A model generated the notes under the pieces. The model saw nothing but the letters and a program-made list of their open reading frames with translations, was not told the origin of the DNA and did not search any database. A DNA stretch of 64,000 bases from Lepidodermella squamata (taxonomy: Eukaryota; Animalia; Gastrotricha): positions 1,860,001-1,924,000 of the forward strand of contig JBLDXI010000054.1 of NCBI GenBank assembly GCA_047495785.1, given 5' to 3'. Positions 24,316 through 36,506 of this stretch are shown piece after piece (positions within the stretch are counted from its first letter, which is position 1; every line of letters begins with the position of its first letter). Both the position numbers and the translations under genes were made by a program.

Positions 24316-24964
24316 ATGACGTTCATGCTTTATTCGATCTTAGTTATCAGCGCGATAGCTGCATTATGCGGTAAGCATATCAATGGATAACGTCAATCCT
24401 GTTCTAACTTTGTCTTGTATCTTCATACAGATGCGCAGAAGTTGATAGAGCAGTATAGTTTTAAAACCGCTCCAGCTTCATTTTGTTCGTCTGCTCGTAA
24501 GACGGAGAAAGTTGTCACTCTCGATGCTTGCACTGAAAGGTGCGTGCAGCTCGGAGAGCAATGCAAATACTTTGACTATGTCGCAAATAAAACGGAATGC
24601 GGGCTTTATACCCCATGCAACCCCAAAAATACTATAAGCCAAAAACCGAAGGTTCCAGCGTGGAAGAAAGAATATCGTAAGCCGCTTGTCATAAAATTAT
24701 GATATTTCTTGAAACTTTATTGAAACAGCCCTCAATTGGTTCAACTGGTTCAATGGATATTGCGGCGACATAATGAACACCATTACCACGGCTAACCTGC
24801 TAGAGTGTGGTGACTATTGTGACTATAGCTGGAAGTGTATGAGCCTTGTCTACAACTTTGAGAGTCGCCGATGCCAAATGTTCGCCAATTGTGGCCTACG
24901 AGCTGTTCCAGCTGGAACTACTCCGGTGGGTTCAATATCCCTGAGGAAAACTAACCTCGCCTAG
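24316..24964 (+). CDS. Small secreted protein with two PAN/apple domains (3 exons)
   Basis: Signal MTFMLYSILVISAIAALC; TLDACTERCVQLGEQCKYFDY..ECGLY and LLECGDYCDYSWKCMSLVY..RCQMF. GT-AG introns. Confidence 0.85.
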
Positions 24965-25380
24965 GCATGCAGTCAAAAAGATGTAAACACTCAATTGGGT
25001 GCTTAAATATTAGCGACAACAGGATTCATTCATCATTTAGTCGGAATATACACAGCTCTTCCTTACCAATTACTCTTCTCATTATCCAAGCATTTATTCA
25101 AGCAATTCAGACCATTAATGATAATCAGTTATTGAATGTGTCATAGCTATTTTGTGTCAGGTTTATACACCTTTAATCTTGCTTTGCGTGAGGTGACGGA
25201 ACAACATTGTGTGTATGTGTGAGTTATTCAGAAATAAAATTGCAGTGAGCAGTGAGTGCTATTGCAAGCTTGAGTTGACAGAAAATATTTGCTCTAATGC
25301 GGCCTGAAGCATTTATTACCGATTTTGCATTCATGATAGGCGATTTTTAATTATTTACCAAATTTGGGAACTTCTACCAT

Positions 25381-25710
25381 GTCAGCATGTCCACGGCGAA
25401 GATTCAGATTTTCAAAACAACAAAAAGGAGGCACAGAGTTTCAAAGAACCCAAGACCCAAGACCCAAGGGTATAGGCAATATCATAGGCATTAATTGACA
25501 ATTTCCATTCATTGAAATTGAGGAACTTTGATCCTTGACTTGATCACTCGAGCGATTCAAGTGAGGATTCTCAGGTCGGAGAAGAAAATGCTGGCGTGGA
25601 AAAACCTTGGATACACCCATTCGCACCTTTGGTCAAATGTTTCAAGGCATTGTTTCAAGGCAAATCCCGAGGGTGGGGAATGGAACTGGGAACTCGAGCG
25701 TGTGCCGTAA
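25381..25710 (+). pseudogene. Internally deleted remnant of the 19065 orphan gene family
   Basis: About 25396-25418 matches 19363-19385 (CGAAGATTCAGATTTTCAAAAC). About 25648-25700 matches 21631-21683 (HCFKANxEGGEWNWELERV). Confidence 0.8.
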
Positions 25711-26033
25711 GAAAACCTATGAAGTGAATAAGGGCAAAAATGATGGGTGAATCCATCCGAAAATGTAAGTTCTGCCGACTTTGAAAGCTCTAATAACGCA
25801 GCGCTCAAATCGATTATGAAGTCTCATATTGGAAGATTCCACCCGCACTTTTAAATGTGGTCGAAATAATCAAAAACAAAAACTTGTATGCGACAACATT
25901 ATTAAAACTTTTAACCCTCGTTACACTAACATTACATAAAAGCAAGGTTGAAAACTGAGGAAACAAGAGAGATAACTGAGGTTTGAATGCAACGAAATTT
26001 GTCGCAACTGTTTCCGCAGCAATCATTTTATAA

Positions 26034-29000
26034 TCAGAAGTAGCCGGTCTCCCAGAATGGATAAATGAAAACCGCCATAGTCATGATAGCTAGCAGTGAA
26101 TAGACTGCCAAATCAACATAGCGGCAAAACTTCTTCTTATATTTCTGCTGACTCAGCCAGAGCATTGCCAGGCTCTGCGTCGTCAACAGTAAGGAGATGC
26201 ACTCCAAGCAATAAATAACATCGCTGATTAAAACGCGTTGATTGGATCGCGGAATTTTTCCAGCAATAGGCCCGATCGATGCTGTGTATGCAAGCAGCAG
26301 GTAAACATTGAAGCAGGCCCGATCGCTGTTATCCGGCGGCAGAAAAATCGTACTAAGCGCCAGGAGAATCAACACGAAACATGGTCCAAGCAAGTTGTAT
26401 AGAAAATAGTCGGGCTTGCGGCGCAGCTCAATTGAAAATATGACCCGGCTCGATGCCAGCTCGCTTCTAAGCTTCGGGATAGTTGTCTCAATCTTGTATC
26501 CAATCGGTCGAACTCGCCACTCTTCTAAGGTGCTAGCTGAATCCCCATCCATCGTGATAAGGCTAGCCTTAGTCACGCTGACGAGATTAACCGGTTGTTC
26601 AACAGTGAATACCAAGCTGCAGAGTTGGGTATCGAAGGGGAATTTGGACAAATCAAAGTCGCAATTAGCTTCAAACAGGCCGTATTGCTTCCAATAGAAA
26701 TACATTGGCCAGTAAGTGGCGTTGTCCCACGTTTGATTCATATAGATATCCATGTAGTTAGCGAACGACGACATTCCTGAGTCACTGGCTGCGTTTTCGA
26801 AAGTGATACCTGGATGCCAGATTGAGTTGACATCGACTGCCCGAATGCGATCGGAGACGAAAGATTCGTCGAAACGGCATCTTACAACCAGCCATTTCGT
26901 GTAAAGCTGACCGGTGATTGCGAAGGATTTTTCAGCCTCTTGAACCTTTGCAAGTCGATCGAGGGAGAACGTCATTCTAATAGGCAGCATGGTTGGCAAG
27001 GGGCTTCTGTTGGATGAGGATAGGTCAGGACACCACCGGATCAAGTCATCTACAGCTAAATTGGTTAGAGGTTTAGGAGGCGGGGGCACGGGGAAAGCCG
27101 CAGCTTCAGCAGCTTTTTCCAGATTCTCGTAAATTAACCCAGAAATTGTGGAGCTTGTTGCTGATCCAACAGTACTGGCACGTGGTCCATTAGAAGTTAT
27201 CGTTACAGGAACAGGATTCGATGTTGAACGGCTAACTAAAGGGGTTGAAGTACCGTAAGGCACCGAGGTACTCGGCGATCCTGTAGTAACAGATTGCTGT
27301 GAAGTTATCGGAATCGATGTTGTTTCGGGGAATTTAACAGTCGTAGTAAAAGAAGATGATGTGGTGATGGGCTCCGTCGTGGTTGCTGTGAAGGTTGTGC
27401 TAACAGAGGTCGTCATCGCACTGGTGGTTGCAGGCGATGGAGTAAAAGGATCAATGGATGAGCTGTCAGATGTTGGTGGTATTCCTGTCACAGCTATGTT
27501 AACAATTTCAGCTTTGCTATCATAGTCAGCATTGGAAAACCCGGACACGATCGCGATTATGTGACTTCCTTGCTTTAACAAGTCAGCAAATTTAGCATTT
27601 TCAGCATTGTTAATACAAATAATCCTCGTGGCTGGATCCCATTGTCGGATTAGTGAAACATTCAGATAGCCATTCAGGATAGCCATTCAGGCTGGTTATT
27701 GAGTAGGTAGCGTCGTCCATCCCAGTTGTTGGAAACTCGCACGATCCAATTTTGAATTCGGGTTTCATGTTACTCTGGTCGTGTAGAAAGATGCTTGCAG
27801 AATCATCAAATAAGTTCACGTTAATCAATGATTTAAAAGGATAGAATCGTATTTGGAAACCAGCTTTAAAACTTCCGCCGGTAGGTTTCAGCCCATAATT
27901 CTCTATTTCAGCGCATTCATCTGAATCCGGTTTTACACTGTTGAAAGTGATCAAAGATCAATGAATTATTCATTACCTGTTGTCCTAGCTATGCTGTCGC
28001 TATGAACAATGTAGATAGCATAGCCGTCATTGTTTGTGAGCTTTGGATTTGTTGCAATCCTTATTTCAATGTGAGTGTTTTCATCGGCCTGCATTGCGAA
28101 GGTTTTAGTTGAATGAAGTACGGCCCGTTTTGAAGCACCCGACTCAGGAAATTCAGTTATCATGCCGCCGTCAGTTTTAGCGTCGCAAGCTACTTGCCAC
28201 GCACCATTCCCTGTCAAGAAAAAAAAATCCTCCCCGTGAAACTGACTATCTCTCACGAAAAAACTCACTCAAACCGATTATATTGCTGTAGTAAAACTGA
28301 CTGAAGAACAGTGTAGGGTCATAACTTGCAAATGTGGGATAATCGATGAAAAATTTCTCCGATCCACGATTTTTCACTGACAATAGTTGCTCTTTATTGA
28401 GCGCCATGGGGTATAGCGATAACCACGAGGCAAATGTCGGCTGGTTTAACTTGAAACCGCTGCGACGCAAGCTGCGACCGCAAGGAGAAAAGCGCCTGAT
28501 GATGTTTCTGCCGGCACGCCTGTGGCCAATAGCATTCTCACAATTTCGCTTTCACAAAACATGGTATAGGTTCTGGTTTTGTTTTCGAAGGATACAGCCA
28601 CAAATTTCCAACCGTCATTAAACTGGCAATCACCATACATTATTGCTGACCCCCCGTCAAATAAGTATAACGTATTTGGACTGTATCCCCCCGCATAATT
28701 AGCCCATAGATGAAGACCAAAGCCTGTTTCGTCTTTGATGAACTCAAGGATAGGCAACATTTCTTGCTGATCGGCTTTGAAAAACAGAGCAAATGTCCAC
28801 GATTGGCTCCGTAGTGATAGCACAGGGTTCGAGAAAGAAATCTCATCCTTTTCTCCGGTTGTAACTTCGATGTAGGAGAAACTCAATTGAGGATCAGCGA
28901 GGAACTCCGTAATGCCTGTATTTTTGCCGTCGATTCCTCGGCCACTAACATCACTCAGCCAAGTTTCTGCTCTCAACGGCCAAAATGCTATAGGCGCTGG

Positions 29001-29054
29001 CAGCTTGACGCTTTCAACGTGAGCGAGGCTGAATAGAAAAAAAGGGATCAGCAT
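26034..29054 (-). pseudogene. LamG + L-lectin-like + mucin stalk + Cys-loop channel gene with two frameshifts (pseudogene, null allele or assembly error)
   Basis: Signal peptide and LamG-like domain (AFWPL..SWTFALFFK..WKFVAVS). In-frame introns 28211-28268 and 27921-27976. S/T-rich stalk, Cys-loop CDFDLSKFPFDTQLC and four TMs. Frameshifts at about 28470 and at a 13-bp duplication 27665-27690. Confidence 0.85.
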
Positions 29055-30028
29055 CCCTTGCCGATTCGTAAAATATGAAGGAGGAGTGTAGGTTATGAGT
29101 TATGCAGCAAACCAAGATAGAATTCATATTTCACAAAACATTCAACATGGTTGCAAATTTCCTGTTATAAAAATAATATTTTGATTCTAAAAAAAACTTG
29201 CTGCGCCCTAATACAACTGAACCGATAAATGGGTCAGTTTCAAGATCCGGGTTAAGAGCAAATATCTATAAAAATCTTCGACAAATTTTCAATTTTTATA
29301 CTCCTCCATATGCCAGCCAGTTACCAAGTCGTTCGGGCTTTGCACAGCCTTAGTTATCACCGCTGCATTCGGAAAAGCATAACGGCTAGACTAAACCTAT
29401 CGTGTTCCCTCATAGAAATACAGCTTTACGAACGGCATTTGGAAAATTGCACAACGGAATTAGGGGTTACACCCCATACCCCGTGCAACCACTTACACCC
29501 TATAAACCAAAAACCGGTCTAACGGTCTAACGCAATTGGCCTTAGATACGCAGCATAACAGCATACGTGTGCATTGTATTCGCCATCGGAAAATATTCCC
29601 AGCTTTTCGGATTTTTGACCATCCGAAGTAGCAGTTCAAAGTCCAAACCTGACGGCGAATAAAATAGGTGGAATAGTATGTATATCTTAGGTGACGCAGG
29701 GGCTCGGTAACTCTAACACTCATGCACTTTGGGCTTTGGACTTTTTATCCTAACCGGAAGTCTCTGCTTCCTGTTATTTTCAATTTCGTCATTGGCTTCA
29801 ATTGCGTCATTGACATACTGCTAATCGCCCATTTTTGTGAAAACGTTTGCGTCAAACGTTGAATGTAACAAGTCTGGTAACTTTAATGTTGCTCTTATGA
29901 AGATTAGAGCAAGATTTGTAAATAATAGACAGATTACAAGATTATAGGACATTAAAAGACACCTTCTTTATAAGTTTGATGTTTTTGTTCTCTTTCGTCA
30001 TTCTCAACTTTTAACTAAACACTGAAAA

Positions 30029-30454
30029 ATGTCTAGAAGTATTCTATTACTCCTTCTCGCTTTCTTCATAGAAATCGATCTCAGCTTCCAAGCAAAAACG
30101 CAAACAGTGCTTGAGAAATCGAAATGCCTATGCCGGCCATCTGCTGCCGCCTTTGTGTCGCAATGCACAAGCGATGGTACTTCCGACGAAGAATCTGACG
30201 ACGAGCCTCGGACTGAGGCAGTGCAGGCCTTCGAATGCGCCTTGGAGTCAACAACGCCCACTGTTAAGCGTCAATGTGCCTGTACAGCTGAGACGAAGCA
30301 GTCGATCGCAGACGAATGTGAGACGCCGGCCGGTGTTCAATTCTTCAAGCCAGCTACTTTCGACTGCGATGTTATCAAAAAGAAAAAGCAGAAGCCGGCA
30401 GTTCAGAGGCGTTATCCGATGAAAAGGATTTTTGTTGTTCCGGACGACCAATAA
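30029..30454 (+). CDS. Small secreted cysteine-rich protein (141 aa), unknown family
   Basis: ATG, hydrophobic N-terminus, 8 Cys with two CxC pairs, downstream AATAAA. Confidence 0.6.
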   Translation: MSRSILLLLLAFFIEIDLSFQAKTQTVLEKSKCLCRPSAAAFVSQCTSDGTSDEESDDEPRTEAVQAFECALESTTPTVKRQCACTAETKQSIADECETPAGVQFFKPATFDCDVIKKKKQKPAVQRRYPMKRIFVVPDDQ

Positions 30455-30998
30455 TATCGATCTGCGTGTCGCTAAGGTGGTGATTTACAATGGCATGAAA
30501 TGAGCCATATTAATATTCCATCTCTAACAATTAATGTAGAAAATAATTGGAATTTAACCGTTTTTTAATAATTTAATTATGAAAAATAAATAAATTTGTA
30601 TTAGAAAATAATTATAAACCCTTTGTTTCGCATATTTAGTCATTGGTACTAGAAGTTTGGGACTCAGCTAGGAAGGACCTAAAAGTTTGTTTTTCGCTGG
30701 CGCCAGAATGTAGCACACAGAAGCAAAATCGCGTAGTTGTTATGTTTATTTGACAACAAAGTGCAATGCAAAGCAATGTTGTAGTAATATAGCCAGCATC
30801 GGCGATTAAGGATGCGCACTTTGCGCGTGTGTCACCTGCGCAAAATATGTTTACTCTTCGCGCGCGCGCACGCAGAAGTGCGCTCGGTAAAACAAACCGC
30901 AGTTAAGCAGCTAAATATCGCTTGCTGGACATTCGGGCCGGAAAAACTAGCGCAAACAACTGCTGAAAAATAAATATTCGGATAGATACATTCCATCG

Positions 30999-32355
30999 AT
31001 GCTCATCGCGATCACTTTTATCCACAGCGCCTTGATTTTTGTGTCGATAGCGAATGCCCAAGGTCTGTTGGCTAATATTTAAGTAGTTTAAGTAGTTAAA
31101 AATATTTTTTCCCCACCAGATGCCTGCTCATCTACTGCAACACGTACTGCTCCAACAAACTTCAAGTATAAAAAGGCGAAAGAATATGGACTAACCGGCA
31201 GCACACTGCAAATCTTCACGTCTGCAATTATTTCGTGTCCCGGTAAGCAAACATTATTTCTTTTTATTTTGAAAAATCCCTAAAAATCGACTTGCTATGA
31301 TATTAAACTCCAGTATATCTTAGCCCTTTGTTTTTTTCTGCTTTTTTCCAAAATTTATGCAATTTTTAATTTTCGAATAATGCTTCATTCTGTGAATCAA
31401 ATATTCAACAATAGGTTACCTTCATGCATGGCGCTTTCCCCCAGAGAGTGATTACTTCAAGGGACTACATCTCGCAGTTTTCCGTCAAGTCCGCAACTAT
31501 TTCTTCATCGTCAATGAAACTTACGTGGAAATGTCGCTGCGAGAGGTTCGAATGTACCCAAATGGCGAGATGGCGAAACTGAAACGCGATCAATGGCTTG
31601 AACTGCTGATACCTGAGCCATTTCAAGTCGATAAGGGTGACTATCTCGGCGTCTATTACGACAACTTCACGTCACTGCGAGAAACCCTAGCCATAAAAAC
31701 TGAGGACGTTGAAAAGGACCCAAACTCCTTCTCAATGCCGACTTTTGTTTTCATCGAAGATTCTAGCACGATGTTGATTAAGGAGGCTGGCTGGGCGGCT
31801 AGGAAGATTTTGGACACGAGAACTGCTCAGGTCACCTTTCGAATGCCGGCTCTCACTGCTGTGATAAATTCACAGCCAACAAGACTTGGCTACATCCCTG
31901 CCACGAATTCGGACATCCCTTCCTACATTCTTCAACCGATGGGAGACTTACCGTGGCCCTATGGGGTGGATGTGGATCCTGTTAGTGGCAGGGTTATCAC
32001 ACTACCGCCGAAGAAAGCTTCAGTTTCTCCTTTTACCTGGCCCTCATCTACAAGCTCAGTTTTCACTACGCCCGCTACGTCTACTACTTCGACGAAGAGA
32101 ACTACAACTGCTCCATTTTTTGAGTTGCCTGTAGATGAATTACCGCCAGTCGTGCCGGGGGCTGATAGCCCAATTGCGAACAATGAAATTGAAACTGTTC
32201 AACCTGCTCGGGACTCTATTCCTATCAACTATGTGGATAGCACTTGGCTCGAAGATGAATTGCCGCCTCCGCTTGTTCAGGCGAAATCTGCTTCGTCGAG
32301 AAAAGCAGAGAAAGAGCCGTCGCCTATCTACGTCTACGATTACGACTTTTACTAA
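30999..32355 (+). CDS. Secreted protein with a beta-sandwich-like domain and Pro/Thr-rich tail (3 exons)
   Basis: Signal MLIAITFIHSALIFVSIANA. Spliced reading gives ISCPGYLHAWRF..LAVFR..QVDKGDYLGVYY, followed by a T/P-rich C-terminus. Confidence 0.7.
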
Positions 32356-32365
32356 TGTTTTGTTA

Positions 32366-32463
32366 AGATTAGTTCGTTGCATAACGCTTTAATCCGAAAA
32401 AAACTAGAATGGTAAGTGCGCTTCGTGCGCAATTGATGTTGGCGTTATGCAACGAACTTATCT
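32366..32463. repeat. Short inverted repeat in the 3' UTR region
   Basis: AGATTAGTTCGTTGCATAACGC / GCGTTATGCAACGAACTTATCT, 21 of 22 positions complementary. Confidence 0.65.
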
Positions 32464-33044
32464 AATCGCCTTAATAAAAAACTTGTTAAAACATAACCTT
32501 GCGCCCTGAATTTCAAACAATAATTGCAGATTACCTGTTCGTCCATGAAAAATACATTTTTATCAAAATCAAAATAAATTGACTTAAATTAATCGCGAAA
32601 TCTTGAATAAAAACAACTTGATGTAACATGCTCCTTTGAATTTTCCAATGATGCGAACGAGATAACACCAGTGCCCCTAGAGGAAAGTTAACACTAAGTA
32701 ATAGAATGGAATAATTTATGAGCACCTAGCTGAAATAATGAAAATTAACCGGATATTGAAAAGTTGCCCGCTCGTTAAAAATCGATTGCTGCATTGTTGA
32801 TATAAAATTTGCGCTTGCATCTACTATAGGATAGGCATTTCTGCCTCAGCAGTACAGGGAAACGTCTCAGAGCTGTATAGACATTCAATTTCCGACATAA
32901 AACGAATAGCACCCAGAGGTTTTCTTGTAGTAAAATGTCTGGTTGCTAGGAAGTATACCGCAGCTATCAAACGTGCCGTGTTAATTCAATTCCTTTCTCG
33001 GACTACAACCAAGACATTTTACACGCCACAGCTACTAAAATGAT

Positions 33045-34867
33045 ATGTCTCACTCAGCGTTTCGAATTTTTGAAATCTTGATTACGATAACATTGCTTTC
33101 ATATGGTATACTTGGCTTGACTAACGCTACGTCGAAAACTTTCTTCACGATTATTAACGAAGACGGTTTTGCGTTTGAGAGCTCAGTGAAAACATGCGCA
33201 GCGGCCGATGGCCAACTGGCTTCGATCAAATCTTTACAAGACCACGAAAAAGCAGTGGCCGAAATGCAGAAAAGAGGTTAGTTTTTCTTTTCACTTCTGC
33301 TTGCCCCTTCACAAGGTTTTCTCATAGACCATCCGAGCTATTTAATCGGACTGATTCGAGTCAATATTTCGGCCGACTTGTCAGATTTTATGTGGCTTGA
33401 TGGTGAATCATTATCCTTTACTTATTGGAGCGAGAATCAGCCCAATCTGAGCTCAAATTTCCAATGCGTATCTTACATCGATTCCATACCATCAACGAAC
33501 TTGAGCGACTACAAATGGGCCCTAGTTTCATGCGATGAAATAGCGGTTATCCTATGTGAGAAAGTTGGATCGAGTCGGTACAATACAACAACCCTTCGGA
33601 ACTTCCACACCACATTGCATCGCAAGAACAATTACAGCCCTGTGCTACAACATATCAGCAACCTCGATTCACCGACGGAAGATGCAGCTTGGCTCTCAAA
33701 TTCGGAAATTTTCATTATCGTTGCTTTAGTTGGCGCGGCAGCAGCTATTGCAGTGACTTTTACCATTTTCTACTTAGCTGTCATTCGGAGGAGGTTAATA
33801 AGAGTAAGGCTTTCAGTTACGAAATGAGAATCTCTCCTACTGATAAATTTTAGATCACAAAAGCTAGAACCGAGTTCGAATTCCGACGTTTCAGCACAAC
33901 ATCAGACAGCCTGTGGATAATCGACCAATTCGAAGTTTCATGGAATGACATCAAACTCAACGGCAATGTATCAAAAAATGGGTTCCACTCGGGCGTGGTA
34001 CTCGGAAAGCTCGAAAGCAGCGAAGACGAAGTATGTGACCAGGTCGCTGTTAAAATTTTGCACGATCGAGCCTCAGAGCAACAAAGGAGGAAATTTCTAC
34101 GAGAAGTTGATGCTTTGAAGAGAATTTTCACGATTTGTGGGCCTCATGAATACGTTATCTGTCTATTGGCCTGTATAACTAAGCCGCAGTACTCGTCAAG
34201 TCTAGCATACGTGACAGAGTACTGCCGACTTGGGTCATTGCGAAATCACCTCTACAGCCTTCGAACTTGGGTAGCAGAGTCTTTATCTAATCAAACCAGC
34301 ATCACTGTGGATGAAGCTAACGTGGAGGTCGAGAGGCTTGTTAAGCTATACATCGCTCAGATTTGCGACGGAATGGAGCATTTGTCGAAACATGGTTTCA
34401 TCCACTGTAATCTAGCCTGCCGGAATATTTTAGTCTACGACAAGGAGTGCGTGAAAATCAGTGGATTTCACTTACTTCGTGGGATCTACGATGATGAAAA
34501 GGGGCCTGATTCTTCTCAACACGATTTTGTGAAATGGCAACCACCTGAGGTTTTGTTAGATAGTCACTACTCAACTGCGAGTGATGTATGGTCATTTGGT
34601 GTGGTTATGTGGGAAATCGCATCTTTAGGCCAATCGCCTTTCCCTTTGGCGACGAAATCTGAGGTAATAGAATACCTTCAGAATGGACAGCGATTAAGGA
34701 AGCCGGATCTTTACTGCTCGGATGATCTCTATGCAATTATGCTGAAGTGCTGGAATTTAAATGTTAAACTCAGACCTAATTTTGCCGAGTTGCTTTCTCT
34801 TTTTGTTGAGATGAGTGAAACGTTGAGACTTGAGCAGAATCCAACTTTAAATAGTAATGAAATGTAA
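33045..34867 (+). CDS. C-type lectin domain receptor tyrosine kinase-like protein, predicted pseudokinase (3 exons)
   Basis: Signal peptide and CTLD ([31 protein letters not shown]), TM helix followed by RRR. In-frame introns 33277-33327 and 33804-33853. TK domain with [29 protein letters not shown] and [12 protein letters not shown]. Confidence 0.92.
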
Positions 34868-35369
34868 CGCAAATAAAAGAGGAGTAACCATGTCGTGGCG
34901 TTTTAATTTCGACGCTTTTCAAGCTAACTATTCGAAATGGCGCTCAGTTTTCAGGGGACTCCATCACATCTTCAAATTTGGGCTTCGAGGAATAGCTTAT
35001 CACACCGGGTTTCGATTTGCGATATGAAATTGAGCGTTCTTCCTCTAAGCTAATCCGGGCGGAGGAGAATAGGAGCTTGCCTCGCGGAACAATGATTTAT
35101 CGATGATCAATAAGTGATCCGCTTACAAATAGTCCCTGGCAAATTTGGTCAAAACCTCCCTATCTTGCTGCATCAGCATTCTATACTCTTGCTGCTTTTC
35201 TCCTTCAAAAATATTAAAGCTCGTCGGTGATAGACCACCAGCCACCATTTCAACTTCGTTCGACAAACATCATTTTTAAAGATTAGGATCAAGGCTGATT
35301 TCTTAAATCTGCTTCTGAATTTTATATAACAATTAACGATTTTTCAATGAATTTGATTGACAATTTATT

Positions 35370-36159
35370 TCAGTCTTCCTCATCGATTGCTAAGAGCTCT
35401 GTCTTTTGAATCCTGATCTTAGCTTTCTTAACTGGTTTTTCGGCAACCCTCTCTGAATTCGCTGCTTCCTGAGCTGAAGCTTCTTCCTGAGCTCGTCTGG
35501 CTCTCTCAGATACAGCTGCCCTCTGATGCTTGAGTTCGGATCGGTATCTTCCTTGCTCACTGCTAAGAATACGATTCAGGCCGCTTTTGAGTTCTACCAG
35601 TCTTTGCCCATCGAAATACCAAGCTTTTCCGTTAGGAGATCGTGCAATTTTGAAATCAGGGGAATATGGCGGGGAAATAACCATGGTTACTAAGAAGTTC
35701 GTAGTTTCTCCTCTTCTGCCCGTAACTCCAAGTTGCCGTACCTAAAGAAAAAAGTTTGATGGTAGTGATAGCTCTAATACCTACATAATCGCATCAGCTT
35801 ACATGATAATGGGTGCCCCTGCGAAGTGGTGTATCAACGTGTAAATTTCTTACAGCTCCCGATAACAATTGGCTTAGATCACCGACAAAGTCTTGACTTT
35901 CAATGCCCACGGGGTTGCCATCAGTGTCACAGCCGAAAACAATGGCGCCGCCATACGCTGAATTCACCAAAGCATTCACATTGCGATCGACTTGTTTTCT
36001 CAAGCTATCCGTAATAGTACCACTAGTTTGAAGGTAAATCACGTTGCCTATCGTGTCATCTCGTGGTACAAGGGGACCGCTACCTCGCCTTACGTAATCT
36101 CCATCGGGAAGTTCGCCTTCTCCGAGGGCCCATTTTAGGTTTGGCGCTTTGGAGGACAT
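35370..36159 (-). CDS. Stand-alone Schlafen/AlbA_2-like domain protein (242 aa, 2 exons)
   Basis: VNALVNSAYGGAIVFGCDTDGNPVGI matches the AlbA_2 core A..N..GG.i.iGv.d.g...G. In-frame intron 35742-35802. Second half FLVTMVISPP..NGKAWYF, then a charged helical tail. Confidence 0.75.
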
Positions 36160-36210
36160 AAATAAGATGAATCAAGCTATGAATTGAACTCATTATTTCT
36201 ATCGAAGCCG

Positions 36211-36236
36211 ATTTTTAAGGTGGATTTTTTATTTTC
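36211..36236 (-). promoter_or_regulatory. Recurrent candidate core-promoter motif AAAATAAAAAATCCACCTTAAAAAT
   Basis: About 52 nt upstream of the Schlafen-like ATG. Near-identical to 12211-12236, with related copies at 10507, 11221, 11461, 11740 (minus) and 18982 (plus). Confidence 0.5.
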
Positions 36237-36506
36237 AAAGACATTTTCGATTTTCGAGGATCACCCTTGCTTGATCATTCTTCCATCAAAATAAACTCTC
36301 TTTGGAGTCTTCTAATTTCAGAAGAAAGTGCGACTTTGTTCGCAGCCTACTTGCTCCAAAACAACATATTTGCGAGTCGTGTTCTCACAGCTAACTCATC
36401 CAATTCATGGAAGCCACCCACTCGTGTACACGCACCTAACGTTAAGTAAACATTAGAAGCAGACATTAAATGTTGTAAAAGATTCATAGAAACTCACGAA
36501 AAAAAA

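Noticed and set aside
26034-27686. Independent 550-aa channel gene starting at Met 27686
   Set aside because: It has no signal peptide, and that Met is in frame only because of the 13-bp duplication. Upstream exons supply the real N-terminus.
35370-36159. Bacterial contamination or very recent HGT of the AlbA_2 gene
   Set aside because: It contains a spliceosomal intron and sits among animal genes. Ancient transfer cannot be judged without a phylogeny.
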